The notes under the pieces are model-generated. The model was not told where the DNA came from. It did not search any database and was given only the letters and a program-made list of their open reading frames with translations. From assembly GCA_030265395.1 (NCBI GenBank), contig JARFYF010000007.1, positions 46,909,830 through 46,973,829 of the forward strand: a stretch of 64,000 bases of DNA, in the 5' to 3' direction. The translations under genes and the position numbers were made by a program. Numbering within the stretch: position 1 is the first letter of the stretch; every line of letters starts with the position of its first letter. The DNA is from Rhina ancylostomus. Lineage: Eukaryota. Positions 26,200-39,480 of this stretch are shown piece by piece.

Positions 26200-27240
26200 T
26201 GCATTTGAAGAAACATGGGAATAGGTGTAGGCCTATTTAACTTGTAAAGCCTCTTGTTCCTTATTATCATCTGTGACCCAACTTTCTATACCTGCCTTTT
26301 CACCCTACCATTTCATACCTTTGATTACACATCTATCAATCCCAGATTTAAAATTAACCATTGGCACAGCATCAATTGATACTTTTTAAGAAGTTTCAAA
26401 CTTCTACTTTTTAATGGTTCCAGCCTTCACTCCTGAAAAGCCCGGCTATAATTTTTGACTATATCTTCTCGTCCCAGAGAAGCCAACCAGCAAAAACAGC
26501 TTCTCTGTATTTGTTTCCCCCCTCAGTATGTTAAAATTTTTATCAAATCACCCTTTAAATCTTCAAAAATTCCCAGGCATACACTCTACTACATTTAACC
26601 TCCCCTTTCAATTAAATCCTTGGAATCTAGGAATCATTCCAGTAAATCAACAGTGCATTTTCTCATACACCAATATATCATTGCTGGGTTGTCGCATCCA
26701 GAATTGTTCACAATACTCCAGCTGTTGTCTACCTAGGGCTTTGTACAACTATACCATAACACCCATCTTGTTTTGCAGAGTTTAAGATACAAAGGCCAGT
26801 ATTCCTTTCGTTGTCTTGACTTACTTTACCCAACAGTTTAATGATTCGTATCTATGATTTTAATGATCCAAGTCCACCGGTTTTAGTATACTTTCTAAAT
26901 GGCCAAAAACTGTTTTGTCCCTTAAATTCAAATATTTTTACCCACAATGAAGTCTATTTACACAAAGTTGGGTATCCCTTCAATCTATGAAAAGCACTTT
27001 GCAATTTAATGCTTCTATGTACATTGCTTACAATGCTGTCTTTCTTTGTGCAATTGATAAACTTCAGTATCTTCTTATCCATCAACCACATCAACTGCAA
27101 GTATAATCAATAGTTACAAACCTCTCATAGATCAAGAGATGGGGCATTGCTAATAACCTCCTGTCAATGCTTCTACATTCTTTTCAATAAAATGGACACC
27201 AGAATTGTTCACAATATTCCCAGAGCAGTCCAACTGTTCC
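26200..27240 (-). mobile_element. Old CR1 fragments
   Basis: ccagaattgttcacaatactccag (reverse LEYCEQFW), present twice. Confidence 0.65.
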
Positions 27241-27259
27241 AAAAGATAGAAAGCAAGCA

Positions 27260-27825
27260 ACTCTTAGGCTGAACACTAAGATATGGGCCAAGAGAAGTGG
27301 ATATATGCGATTTTTTTGGGAGATTTAATAAGGGTGGGATATTCACGATAAACAATAGAACTTTACAGAATACTCAGGTATACAAGTCCAAGTCCATTAA
27401 ACCCTCAAGTGGGTGCAGAGGAGATACACCAGGATGTTGCCTAGGATGACAAGCTTTAGTTATGAGGAGAGAGTGGATAGGCTGGGTTTGTTTTCCTTAG
27501 AGAAGAGGAGGGATCTGATGGAGGTATATAAAATTGAGAGGCATAAATAGTGGAGACATCCAAAAGCAGATGGCATAGGTTTAAAGGTGAGGTGTAAGAA
27601 GGTTAGAGGGATCCATGAAAATGTCTTTCACTCTGAGAAGATGGTAGAGGCAGGTAACTCTCATGGATTTAACAAGTATCTGGACAAGCACTTGAATTGC
27701 CAGGGCATAGAAGGCTGCAGATCAAGGGCTGGTAAACAGGATTAGTGTAGAGGGGGACTTGATGATCAGCATGCACATCATGGGCAGAAGGTCATGTTTC
27801 TGTGCTGTAGGACTCCATAACTTGA
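27260..27825 (+). mobile_element. Old CR1 3' fragment
   Basis: RYTRMLPR...LGLFSLEKR-DLMEVYKI, CR1 tail. Confidence 0.75.
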
Positions 27826-27888
27826 TATATGGAAGCATTTCATTCTTTCTCCCTTCACTAAATGCAAACAGTTTTGCATCCTTAAGTA

Positions 27889-29240
27889 CAGTGGTATGCA
27901 AAAATTTGGGCACCCCTGGTAAAAATTTGTTACTGTGAATAGCTAAGCAAGTAAAAGATGACCTGATTTCCAAAAGGCATTAAGTTAAAGAGGACACATT
28001 TCTTTAATTTTCCAAGCAGGATTACTTTTTTATTTCCATCTTTTACAGTTTCAAAATAACAAAAAAGGAAAAGTCCCGAAGCAAATGTTTGGGGCATCCT
28101 GCATGGTCAGTACTTAGTAACACCCCCTTTGGCAAGTATCACAGCTTGCAAGTCCTTTCTGTAACCAGCTAAGAGTCTTTCAATTCTTGTTTGGGGGATT
28201 TTCACCCATTCTTCCTTGTAAAAGGCTTCTAGTTTTGTGAGATTCTTGGGCTGTCTTGCATGCACTGCTCTTTTGAGGTCTAACCACAGATTTTCGATGA
28301 TGTTTAGGTCAGGGGACTGTGAGGGCCATGGCAAAACTTTCATCTTGTGCTCTTGACATAGTCCATTGTGGATTTTGAGGTGCGTTTGGGATCGTTAGCC
28401 TGTTGTAGAAGTCATCCTCTTTCCATCTTCAGCTTTTTTTTTTACAGACAGTCTGATGTTTGCTTCCAGAATTTTCTGGTATTTAATTCTTCCCTCTACC
28501 AGTGAAATGTTCCTTGTGCCACTGGCTGCAACACAAGCGTAAAGCATGATCGATCTACCCCCGTGCTTAACAGTTGCAGAGGTGTTCTGTCCATGAAATT
28601 CTGCATCCTTTTTTCTCCAAATATACTTTTGCTCATTGTGGCCAAAAAGTTCTATTTTAACTTCAAGTCCACAGGACTTGTTTCCAAAATGCATCAGGCT
28701 TTTTTAGATGTTCCTTTGAAAATTTCTGATGCTGAATTTTGTGGTGAGGACATAGGAAAGGTGTTCTTCTGATGACTCTTCCATGAAGGTCATACTTGTG
28801 CAGGTATCGCTGCACAGTAGAACAGTGCACCACCACTCTAGAGTCTGCCAAATCTTTCTGTAGGTCTTTTGCAGTCAAACGGGGGTTTTGATTTGCCTTT
28901 CTAGCAATCCTACGAGCAGTTCTCTCGGAAAGTTTTCTTGGTCTTCCAGACCTCAACTTGACCTCCACCATTCCTGTTAACTGACATTTCTTAATTACAT
29001 TACAAACTGAGGAAACGGCTACCTGAAAACACTTTGCAGTCTTCTTATAGCTTTCTCCTGCTTTGTGGGCATCATTTATTTTAATTTTCAGAGTGCTAGG
29101 CAGCTGCTTAGAGGAGCCCATGGTTGCTGATTGTTGGGACAAGATTTGAGGAGTCAGGGTATTTATAAAGCTTTGAAATTTGCATCACCTGGCCTTTCCT
29201 AACAATGACTGTGAACAGGCCATAGCCCTAACAAACTAAA
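27889..29240 (-). mobile_element. Tc1 (DD34E) transposon with full-length but disrupted transposase (28107-29121); far terminal inverted repeat (TIR) not seen
   Basis: TA|CAGTGGTATGCAAAAATTTGGGCACC end. MGSSKQL...RSGRPRK...VLWT / TVKHGG / WPSQSPDLNIIENLW spread over 3 frames. Confidence 0.95.
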
Positions 29241-30139
29241 AATCCAGTAATGCTGGGGACATAGAAACCTTTCTTTCCAATTCTGCCAAGCAGTAAATAG
29301 AGTGGATGGGTTACAAATGTGAGATGTCAAACACCTTGTCCTCTCAGTTAAGGAGACCATTAGGAAGTGCAAGTAAAACTTGGATAATTGAGCACCCTCA
29401 GGACTATAGTGTGGCAGACTGGCAGATTTTCAGGACTATTAGATATTACTCCTATTAATACACCAATGCATGTGTATTTAAGTGTTTTTTTAGATGTTAC
29501 ACAGCAGTATACTAATATTTCCAGTGAACCATGTGTACTTAAAGGGAGTGTGTTAGTGTATGCGTTTAAAAGGACCATGAGAATGAGCCCACTGTAAGCC
29601 AGATGTCAAACCATCAGGATTTCCACAATGGGATAGCTGACTATCAGATTTTTAATCACAGTACACTGAAGCAAGTTACTGATGTGCCAAATTTGCAAGG
29701 ATATGTACCTGTTGGATGCCCCTTTTCTACTCCCCTAGTCAGAAAGCAGAGTTTTAACAAATGCATTTCCTTGTCACCATTGGCATTATCAATGTTTTTG
29801 AGCCATTATTGAAAGGGGGTGTCAGTGACTTCATCAACTTGATTGGGGTTTCCCTCCTGGTTCCTGACAGGATTTCTTTTCACTGTGCTCTTCTTATCAC
29901 TGCTTTATGGAGTCACCACGTGCAAGACCGCAGTAGCCTTTGGGAAGAAGCACTAAAGGTCTTCTTGTGTAGGTAGAAGTTCTTATAACTGTGCCCTTCC
30001 ACATCTTTTAGATCTGACAGGTGTGCCTGTTGATCTAAAGGTAGATCCCACTACCTCTTGTTATGAGAGAGCAAGTGTGTCAATGAGTATCTTGCAATAT
30101 CTTTGGGTCACATAGCTGTAGTGGTTGAAAAACTAGCAG

Positions 30140-30460
30140 AAATTGCATGTTATGTCATGTGAGTGTGAAGCTTGCAGAAGTGCTAAATGACTGAGAATGA
30201 AGTGAAAGCATAAGAATGTTAGGTGTAAATCCTATTGAGAGAGATTGTTGCTGGGTAGGTGATAGGATACAATGAACTGAGCAGTAGCTAAGATTATTGT
30301 TGTATAAGACATCATTAAACTTCTTGTGGCATTGCATCCAACTCCTTGGAACCTGACTCCTGGCATTAATCTCCATGGCCATCTGCTCTCACTGTATATT
30401 GAACATGTGTTTGGAGAGCCTCCTGGTCTCTTCAGGTTTGAGGCTTATCCAAGTTAGCTC
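30140..30460 (-). pseudogene. Harbinger Myb/SANT relic
   Basis: ORF 30155-30382 MAMEINARSQVPRSWMQCHKKFNDV. Confidence 0.75.
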
Positions 30461-31594
30461 CGAGTGTCTTTAGTGAATCATCACTTAGAAGATCCAAAGT
30501 TAAATTAAAAGTTCTCCAAGCAACCTACCATGAATTCCCACATAGTTATAGATTCCCATCACATACATACTTATCTTTGCAAGTGTAAATGTGTTTGCAT
30601 AATTCTCACCAGTTTATTCAGCAATATCCTTTATCATTCAGCTCAGGGGATCACAAGACAGATTTCCCATTTGGGTGGACAGATTAAGAAAAGTAAACTT
30701 AATTCTCTCTGGGGCTAAATTCGGAAGTCCCCAAAAACTGCATGGGGAAACAAAGCCTGGTAAATCCTTGCCTTCAGTGCAGAAAGTGCATCAAACTTTT
30801 GCTGAATGCTGACTATAATTACTTTAATATTCAGCCAGTGTTAACTCTTTGTTGGCCTGTTGCTTCAGCAGAGAACCATATTCCATATGTGTTGTGGTCA
30901 GTGTTTTATGTTAAGACTGGAGAGCAGTAGTCTAGAACCAGTGATTTCCTTGATATATTATACACTTAAATGACTTGGATATTGGAATGCAGGGTAAAGT
31001 TTCAAAATTTGACAATTATAGACTGTACGGTGTGTGCATGGGGCTTATAGCAGAGCCTGGTATATGCAGCTACTGTGAAGCATATGAATGTTAGGTGTGA
31101 TTCCAGATTGTAGATAGGTGAGCGATGGGAGAATTTACAGTGAGCTGTGACTCAGGCTAGTGGTGCCCAGTAGGAAGTATTTCATTTATTCACTGGCCTT
31201 GCAGGTTGCTGGCATTGACTGCTGCAGTTGTCACCTCTCATGCCTCCTGTACATGTTTGTCTGTAGGGCTTCCTGCAGGAATAGGGCACTCTTCCACCTA
31301 ATGGACCTAGCCTTCCAGAACAGGAAATATTCATCACGGAGCCCATGCTCTTCGGTGTAGTATTGTTCTGTATATCTTCCAGGTAGCTTCAGTTGTAGAA
31401 CATCACCCAGTGCCTGTTGCAGCCATTATGCATCTTCTTGTTAGGAGGTACAGACTAACTTTAACTAGCACTGGCTGCATGTGGAATTTGGTTCCCTGTT
31501 CAGGCAACAAAAAGCCAGCACTGGCTGGGTGTTTAAAATCAACATTAATCATAATTTTTCTATGTTTCCTGCATCAGTCCATTTATTGGTAAAG

Positions 31595-32400
31595 AACAGG
31601 GAGAATAGACAGATAAATGCAGGTAGAAAGTAATGCATTTTGACAGCAGGGATGGGGACAGACAATATAGATTTAATAGTGCTTTTCTACAGAGTGTGCA
31701 GGAATAGAAAGTCTAAGGGATTCATGTACTTTTGAAGGTGATAGGATATTTGAGAAAGTAGTTAGCCATGCATTTGGAATCTTAGGTTTCATAACTAGAG
31801 ACTTTGAGTACAAAAGCAAGGAAGTTACGCATTATGGTGAACCTTCATCAGGCTCAGGTCAGGTCATAACTGGGGTATTGTGGCTGGTTCTGGGCATCAC
31901 ATATTCGTAAGGCTGTGAAGGTCCTTTAAAGAATGCAGAGGAGGTTTGCTGGAATGGTTGGGAGGAGGAAGGGCTTTAGTTACAAAGTTAGTTTGGGGAA
32001 GCTTGGATTGTTCTTCTTGGAGTAAAGGAAGTCAAGGGGAGACTTGATGGAGGTGTACAAAATTATGAAAGGCTTAGGGATGTAGACAAAGAGAAACCAT
32101 TCCGTCTAGTTGATTATAAAAAGACAAGGGGGCATAAATATAAGATTTTGTGCAAAAGAAACAGGGACTGTGTGGGAAAGAACTTTCTTGAAGCTAATTA
32201 TTTTAAGAGTACCATTCAAGGTAATGACCTTGAATTCATGATCTGTGAGGATGGTGGAAGCAGAGATATCAATGATTACTGAAGGAAATTGGGTAGACAC
32301 TTGAGGGAATAAGAATAAGAGAAGAGATTTACCAGAATGATTGTAGAGATGAGGACTTTGGTTATGTGGATAGACTAGAGAACTCTGATTTGTTCTCTTT
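31595..32400 (+). mobile_element. Old CR1 fragment
   Basis: EYKSKEV, LGLFFLE, GDLMEVYKIMKG. Confidence 0.8.
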
Positions 32401-33182
32401 GAAGCAAAGATGGCAAGAATCAACACCAGTATAAAATCCCCAATCTCATGCGTGGAATTTTATTGAAGCTTTTCTGAAAGTCCAGATACACTACACCAAC
32501 AGATTCACGCTTATCTATTCTGCTAGTTAGATTAAAAAAAGAGGCTTGAAGCTTCTTACTGTAATCTATAAGAATATACAAGGTAATAACTATTTCCATT
32601 TATAAAATTTGCTACAGGGGACAATTGCTTCTCTAATTATACTTCTCCTTTATCAAATCTATTCTCTGATATAAGCACGGACGGCTACAATATGTTACAG
32701 GAATAAAAGAGAATTATGCTCCAATTTTTTGGAAGTTGTGGGAGTCACATTGACAGAAGAGACAGTGGATATTTCATCCTTTGGTTTAACTCAAAGATTT
32801 CTTTTGGTGGTACTCTTAAAATAATTAGTGTTGTTTATCATTTCATTACAATTACATTTCTTTCTTTCTCTTCTTACAAATGAAATTGGCAAGGCCAGCA
32901 AGAAGGTTCACCCAATGAAGCAAAGGGACCTGAGGACTTGGCATCAGAAACCCTGCTAAATTATGTGGGTGATTAGGAGCTGTGGAACTGGGAAGGCAGA
33001 AGAAATGGTGGAAACACAGGGAATGGCCTTGATTTTGGAAGCAAAGGAGTCTGTGAATACCTTGCAACTAAAGTTAAAGTTCAGGATGGTGGGAAAGATC
33101 AGAGGAGGCTGCTGTAGTTGAAGATTCCATAAAGCAATATTTGATTGTTCTCATCAATGAGAATTTTTTAAAGAATTGAACT

Positions 33183-33362
33183 GTGGAGCAACAGGTAGTT
33201 TTACTTGTTAATAGGCATGCTACTCTGTTTGTGGACAATGGACATGCTACACTGTCCATGGATAATGGAGATGTTGCTCTGTCCGCAGACAACGGAGGTG
33301 CTGCTCTGTCTGTTGCCAGTAGAGATGCCACACTCTCTGTGGACATAGACATGCTGTTCTAT
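33183..33362. repeat. Degenerate 27/24-bp tandem repeat, about 7 units
   Basis: gtggacaatggacatgctacactgtcc / atggataatggagatgttgctctgtcc / gcagacaacggaggtgctgctctgtct / gttgccagtagagatgccacactctct. Confidence 0.75.
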
Positions 33363-33379
33363 TAATGGAGAATGGGATC

Positions 33380-34625
33380 ATTGGAGAGTTAAAACTTCAA
33401 ACAAGCATCAGGATATCATCAGTACCACACTGCACAGTCTGGAGTCAGTTTGCAGGACATTTAGGTTCGGGGATAATGAGAAAAGGACCTTAATGAAGAG
33501 GACATTAGGTGGCCACAAAGGGACTTAACTAGGATTAGTGAGTTGTTAAAGATCTGGTTAATGGAATATAATGTGGGAAAAGTAAGAAAGAAGAATGTTA
33601 TCAAAATGGTGAGTGATTACAGAGATCTGACACACAAAGATATGAGTCTCTGAGTGCACGATTCACAATAGGCTAATATGCAGGTGAAACAAATAATTAG
33701 GAAAGCTAAAAAAACATTTGAAATTGGAATTGGTATTGGAATTGGTTTATTATTTTCATTGTATCTCAGGTACATGGGACAAACTTAGTTTTGAAAGCCA
33801 TCCCTACAGATCATTTCAATGCATCAGTGCATTGAGGTAGTACAAGGGAAAAGTAGTAACAGAATGCAGAAAATAGTGTTACAGTTACAGAGAAGGTGCA
33901 GTTCAGGTAGACAATAAGGTGCAAGGGCCATGACGAGGTAGATTGTGCGGTCAAGAGTTCACCCTTAATGTACAAGGGGTCCATTCAAGAGTCTTAAAAC
34001 AGTGAGATAGAAGCTGTCCTTGAGCCTGGTGTTTTCAAGCTTTTGTATCTTCTGCCCAGTGTCTCGGGTGAGAGGGGAACTTTGATTATGCTCGCTGTTT
34101 TTCCGAGGCAGCGAGTGTAGACAGAATTCATGGAAGGACCTGGTTTTTGTGATGGATTTAATTATTATTAGGTGAAAGTAAAGCAAAAGTTGGGACGTTA
34201 CGTTTCATTTATATAGTACATTGGTAAGATTACTATGTACAGTATTGAGATCAGTATTAGTGTCTTTATTTAAGGATATAAGCAGTTCTGAGAAGGCTGA
34301 TTAGGCCAATAGCTGGAATGGGTGGGTTGTCTTATAAAGAAGAGTTGGAGAAGGTAGGCTTGTCTCTGCTGGAGTTTAGAAGAGTGGTAAGTGGACTTAT
34401 TTGAAACATATGAAATCCTGAGGCATCATAACAGGATGGATGTTGACAGGATATCTCCTCTTGTCAGAGAATATAGAACCAGGAGTCACTATTTTAAAAA
34501 AGGTCATTCATTTAAGGTGGAGATCAGGTGATTTTTTTTCTCTCAGAAGGTCACAAGTCTTTGGAACTCTCTTCCTCAAAGGGCATTGTAAACAGAGTCT
34601 TTAAATATTATTAAGGCAGAGATAG
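33380..34625 (+). mobile_element. Old CR1 interrupted by a Rex1 3' fragment (-, about 33735-34160)
   Basis: CR1 motifs on both sides (MEYNVGK, LWNSLPQR). The insert matches the Rex1 tail (reverse RLKDSFY). Confidence 0.78.
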
Positions 34626-35000
34626 CTAGATAGACAGACAGATAGAATCAATCAATCAATTTATTTATTTATTTGTTAATTGATCAATTAATTAATTATA
34701 ATTGTGCCAGTATTGTGAATAGTTTCCAAATTAAATATCCATATCTGTTTAAACTGTTCAGAAATGATATGGCAGAAGTTTTTGCAATGTTTACTCTGAT
34801 GCTGATAAGAAGCAAAGTGGAGAGGATTCAAGCCCAGGGGAACTTGAAAGCTTTAACTAAGATCCTAACCAATACAAGCCGTAGGCTGAGATAACTGTGG
34901 ATGGATTTCACTTTAGATATAAATGCAAATGTAAGTACAAAGTGGTTGTGTTGGAAATATCATTAGGAATTTATATTTTACATTACATATTTCATAACAG

Positions 35001-35104
35001 AACCCAGCCAAATACATATCCTACTCCGGAAAGCGGGATTGCCAGAGGCAGGAGGTTACAGCGCAGGATGCTTGGGTAGAGTCTCTTCAATGAAGCCTGC
35101 TAAG
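35001..35104 (+). other. Candidate exon
   Basis: atttcataacAG| ... AAG|GTAGGA, one open frame, CpGs retained. Confidence 0.3.
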
Positions 35105-36322
35105 GTAGGACTGGTGGAAAGTCAAAGACCAATCCCCACAGAATTTGTGTAGCAACAATTTGCAATGTGCAAACACGAGTTAAATTTATTAATTAAATAT
35201 TCCACCTTTTCATTGTGGAACTTTTGTCATTCTCTTAGAAACATAGCCAGTCTGCGGACTGGCATTCTATTGCACCTATTTCACAGTCTCATTCCCCAAA
35301 CCACTATCTCTCAAGCAACTTGATGGGGGGGGGGGGGGAGGAGAGGAAGGGAAGGGTTTAATATTGAGACCACAACCTCTTGTTAGGAATGTGGTTTGGT
35401 TGTAAAAGGAAAAAAAAAACTATCATCTTCAGTTCCAGTTATCTACATATTTTACTCATGTTCCTAATCTTGTTGTTGACCAGCAATGGAAAATATCTTA
35501 ACATTTTTAAATTGACTTGCAGGACTTAAAATTTCTAAAATGGACTTGCTTTCTGAACAAGTATTACTAAGGAAACTTGGAAAGTATTGCCCTGTTTCAG
35601 TATATGAATGCAACTTTATGTATAGTGGGATCAGAAATATATTAAATGTCGAGTGACTCAAGTAGGGCCACAAACTGACTAGGTGTTGTATAAGGACAGG
35701 ACAGGACAGACTTCAAAGAGACATTTTAACCGGATGCTATCAGAAACCTTTGAGAGCTACACTTCCAGTATATGCAAATAGAAACCAAAGGAAACAGTTG
35801 GCAAATACATGGTTAGGCTAAACATACTGACAAGCTGTGTAAACTTCAGACCATTTTGGATATGGTATTGCGAGATCATTTGGTGTGTAGACTAGTTAAT
35901 AAGAAAATTCAGGTTAAAATGCTGGTTACAGTCTTTGAGGGAATGTGTAAGATTGCACTAGTATGCTTAAATATGCAAGGCAATCCTTATCAGGACAAAT
36001 CCATACAGATGGTAACAGCAGCATGGTCTTCACCATTGTGGCCAAGTCATGTGGATGCTTCAAGTGGATTCAGAGAGGAACCAAAGGGTCAAATGAATGC
36101 TGAAGGGAGAATGATGCAAATTACATTAATAGAAAAGGCAGAAGATCTTCCACAGACATCACAGTAGTCACTCAGCCTCAAAATGGTGGCCCAAGGCTAG
36201 TTGTCACAAGCTAGGGAAAATCGCACAGTGTGCAAGATCCTGAAGAAGTCGGCAGCCAATAAAGATCTTAGTCTCCAGATGTCCCAGAAACATTGAGGCA
36301 AATTTAAGCACTGAAAAACTAT

Positions 36323-36399
36323 TGTTACATACCAGCAACAAAAGAAACACACCAAGACATGTATAAGTGTTAAAAACTACTTTATTAATAACTACTTAT
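36323..36399. mobile_element. Young repeat terminus, family B (probable LTR end), at a gap
   Basis: TGTTACA-accagcaacaaaagaaacacac...tttattaataactacttat, with a near-identical copy at 56252-56335. Confidence 0.7.
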
Positions 36400-37080
36400 N
36401 NNNNNNNNNNNNNNNNNNNNNNNNNNNNNNNNNNNNNNNNNNNNNNNNNNNNNNNNNNNNNNNNNNNNNNNNNNNNNNNNNNNNNNNNNNNNNNNNNNNT
36501 GAAGAAAGTATATTTAAAGCATCCTCATTTATTGAGGAAGCAGCTATCAATACAATAGTACGTTGGTCTATTGTAGGCCAGAACGTGTATTATGACACTC
36601 ACCTGAGCCCCATCAGGGGCCTAGCATAAGTACCTGTGTTTCTCTGGCACTAGCTGCCCAACTGTCTATGAAATGGAACAAGACAGTGTTGGGTACCTAT
36701 GCAGGAGGAAGCCTTGGAGTCATGGGTGAAATAAACAAGTACGCTGCTGGTGAAGACAGATTGGTCCAGAAGCCTATCAAAATCCTGGGAGAAAACTGGA
36801 TCAAGTTACACAGATTGAAAGAGTCTGCTTTTGAAAGCATCATTTCCTTGGGCAAGGAGGAAATCTGGAAGCCAGTCACTGGCAATGGTTCAGCAGATAT
36901 TTGATCAGGTGGACTTTGGAGTTGCCAGCTATCAGACACTAGCTGGTAACACATACAGACAGCAACATAAACAGGGGAACTATGGCAAACAGTGATTCAA
37001 TAGCTCAAGAGGCAAATACTTGCAAGATCATGAGTAGAAGGAATTTACTGATAGAGTGAAAGATCTGAGAATTCTGTGAG

Positions 37081-37124
37081 TGTCACAATGTTGAGCAAAC
37101 TCAGAGAACCCAAATGCAGCACAC
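37081..37124 (-). mobile_element. LTR terminus, family A, at a gap
   Basis: TGTCACAATGttgagcaaactcagagaacccaaatgcagcacac. Confidence 0.7.
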
Positions 37125-39199
37125 NNNNNNNNNNNNNNNNNNNNNNNNNNNNNNNNNNNNNNNNNNNNNNNNNNNNNNNNNNNNNNNNNNNNNNNNNNNN
37201 NNNNNNNNNNNNNNNNNNNNNNNNAGTCCAGCATGGAATCCATGTGCTGGACAACAAGGCATTAAAGGAGCCAAATTGAGGGCCAGAACTCAGAACCATG
37301 AAAGTGAGAGAACATGCAATTGAGAAGGAATTTGCAGTGGATGTGAGTAACACGATTCATGAGAGTGAATAAAGTGACTAAGGAGTAGGTAGTGATGCAG
37401 CAGCATTAGAACTGATGGTGATAAAGGTTGAAGCTTCGACTGAGAAAAAAAACAGGTAGCTTAATGCAACGCAGTCCTGAGGAGGAAAGACAGCAAGTTA
37501 GCTGATAGTTGCATGCGTTGTACCTCAACCGTTGTTGTGTACCATAGGACCAAGGAATCAATATGGCAGTATATAGGAGCATAATGACTCTAGATGGGAG
37601 TTTACAGTAAAGGTGGGCAATAATAGTGAAGGGTATTACCTCAGGTATGTAAAAAACCTATGAAGGTCTGCTTTGAGATCATGGAGTTTCAGTGCTTACC
37701 AGTCAGTGACTGACTACAAACGCTGGACATGTTCAGCTTACAGTTGGTCATAATGGCTGTGAAATACTAAAACAGGTGTACAGAGGCACCTATGAAATTT
37801 TGGAACAAATCTGCAAGGTAAAGTAACAAGATGGTCAGGGAATTGGACTAAGGGAAGGTGTTTCAGTGAAAAAAAACACTTCAGAATCTTGGACCTGTGA
37901 AGGACAGTTCATTATGAGTAGCCCAAAACAAAGTCCTAAATTTGACAGTAACAAACCAATTTGGAAAAAGATTATTCACAAACCTCAAAGGCAGATAGTT
38001 TAAGGGAGGTGATTGTAACATATTTGGACAGCATGAGAGATCCAGCTCACAGAAGCCTTGAAAACCACAAACAAGGTGGGAAACAACAGGCACAGCATGA
38101 GCTGCTGCAGTAAGGTGATGTTGATTCATCCAGCTAAAGTGATAAAGAAAATGAGATTGCATTAGTTCCAGAGAAGAGCACAAAGTCTACAAGACTCTTG
38201 CTATTTATGGAATTGCTGGATGAACTCAATCAAGTCCAAATTGAATTTAACACACTGAGAGAGGTCTGAAGATTCTCTGAAGGATGGTAAAGCAGTGATT
38301 AGTATCAGCCCTGCATATTGTAGCCACAACAAGTAGGACAGACTGAAAGCAGTCAAATCAGATTTGAAAGTCTTGCTGGTGCTCAGGAAAGGAGAAGTCA
38401 GAGGAGAGGACTTCTCCTCTGACAGCACAGAAGAGGAAAGGTCCAGTGTTTTCAGTGAGTCAAAGTCAAGTCACAAGATAGTGTGAAAATAGAGGTAAAA
38501 GAGATTGTTCCAAATAAATTCAGGGTAATCAAGAAAGTACCAAATCCAATGAATACAAGAGTTGGTAATAGGAGTTATTCGATTCTCCATTAATTATTTT
38601 CCAGACAGTTTAATGCCAAGAGATAATATTAAACAAGAAGAGGAAGAAGGAGAAAAAGAGGTGGAGGAAGGAGATCCAGAATATGTAATACAATGTATTT
38701 GAATTTATGAAGACAATTATGTGAGAGAACGTTAGCAGAACAGGATGTGAGTCAAGATGTGTACGACTCCCACATGGAGACCGTGATTAATGTGAATCAT
38801 TACTGCTACTGTGCACCCTTTAGAGATATCAAGTGCAGCTTGCAGTGAATTCAGTGAACAACAGACTAAGAGCTAGAATGAATGTATTGGGAGATGTCAG
38901 AACAACTTAAAAAAAATTTTTACACCGTAGTGGTTAATGGTTTCATTTTACTGGACCTATTCCCCCCAGCCAGTAGGTTTCCTTCTGTAATGCCTATGAG
39001 TTTCTTTTATGGTATGGAGAGACTGATTGAAACAAATCATGGTGATGCCAGGTGAAAGAGAGTGGTGAAGCCTTGTTAATTGAAGCCAATCTGTTTGGAG
39101 GAGATGTTAGTAGGAGATGAATGAGAACAGAGAGGGAGAGGGACAGCCATCACCAGAAGAAATATAGTGTACAAAACACTGCAGTTGGTGGAAAGCTCA

Positions 39200-39480
39200 A
39201 ATAAAGGAAATACTAGAAATATCCTACAGGTCATGCAGCTTATGAGGAGTTATAGAGTTAATCTTACGGGTGGATGACTTTCTTCAGAAATGGCCAACTC
39301 TGAAACTAACTTGAAAAGCTGATTTCCCAAAATTATCAAATTCAGTGTTGACTCCTGATGACTATAACATGCTTAATGTTTCATTGACCCAAAGCATTAA
39401 CTCTGTTTCTCTTTATAGATGCTGCCTGAACTGTTGTCTATTCTTACATTTTCAGTTTTTAATTCAGATTTCCAACTTTT
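39200..39480. mobile_element. Old Penelope fragments in inverted arrangement
   Basis: Reverse pLTR, reverse GIY-YIG end, then forward pLTR (attaactctgtttctct...gatgctgcctga). Confidence 0.55.

Larger units (their letters stand above)
35680..38900 (+). mobile_element. Ancient Gypsy (Mag-like) element: gag-protease-RT relics with nested younger LTR insertions
   Basis: LRDHLVCRLVNKKIQVKML (gag), CHKLGKIAQC (knuckle), LGTYAGGSLGVMGEI...LGENWI (post-protease), purine-rich end at about 38630-38675. Confidence 0.75.

Noticed and set aside
31160-31360. QVAGIDCC as a Harbinger GAIDCTH motif (also 58386-58640 ADCIISQ)
   Set aside because: Single weak motifs without supporting neighbours in order; not enough to call
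33183-33362. CRISPR-like array (also 48260-48460)
   Set aside because: Adjacent degenerate units without unique spacers, vertebrate context, no cas genes
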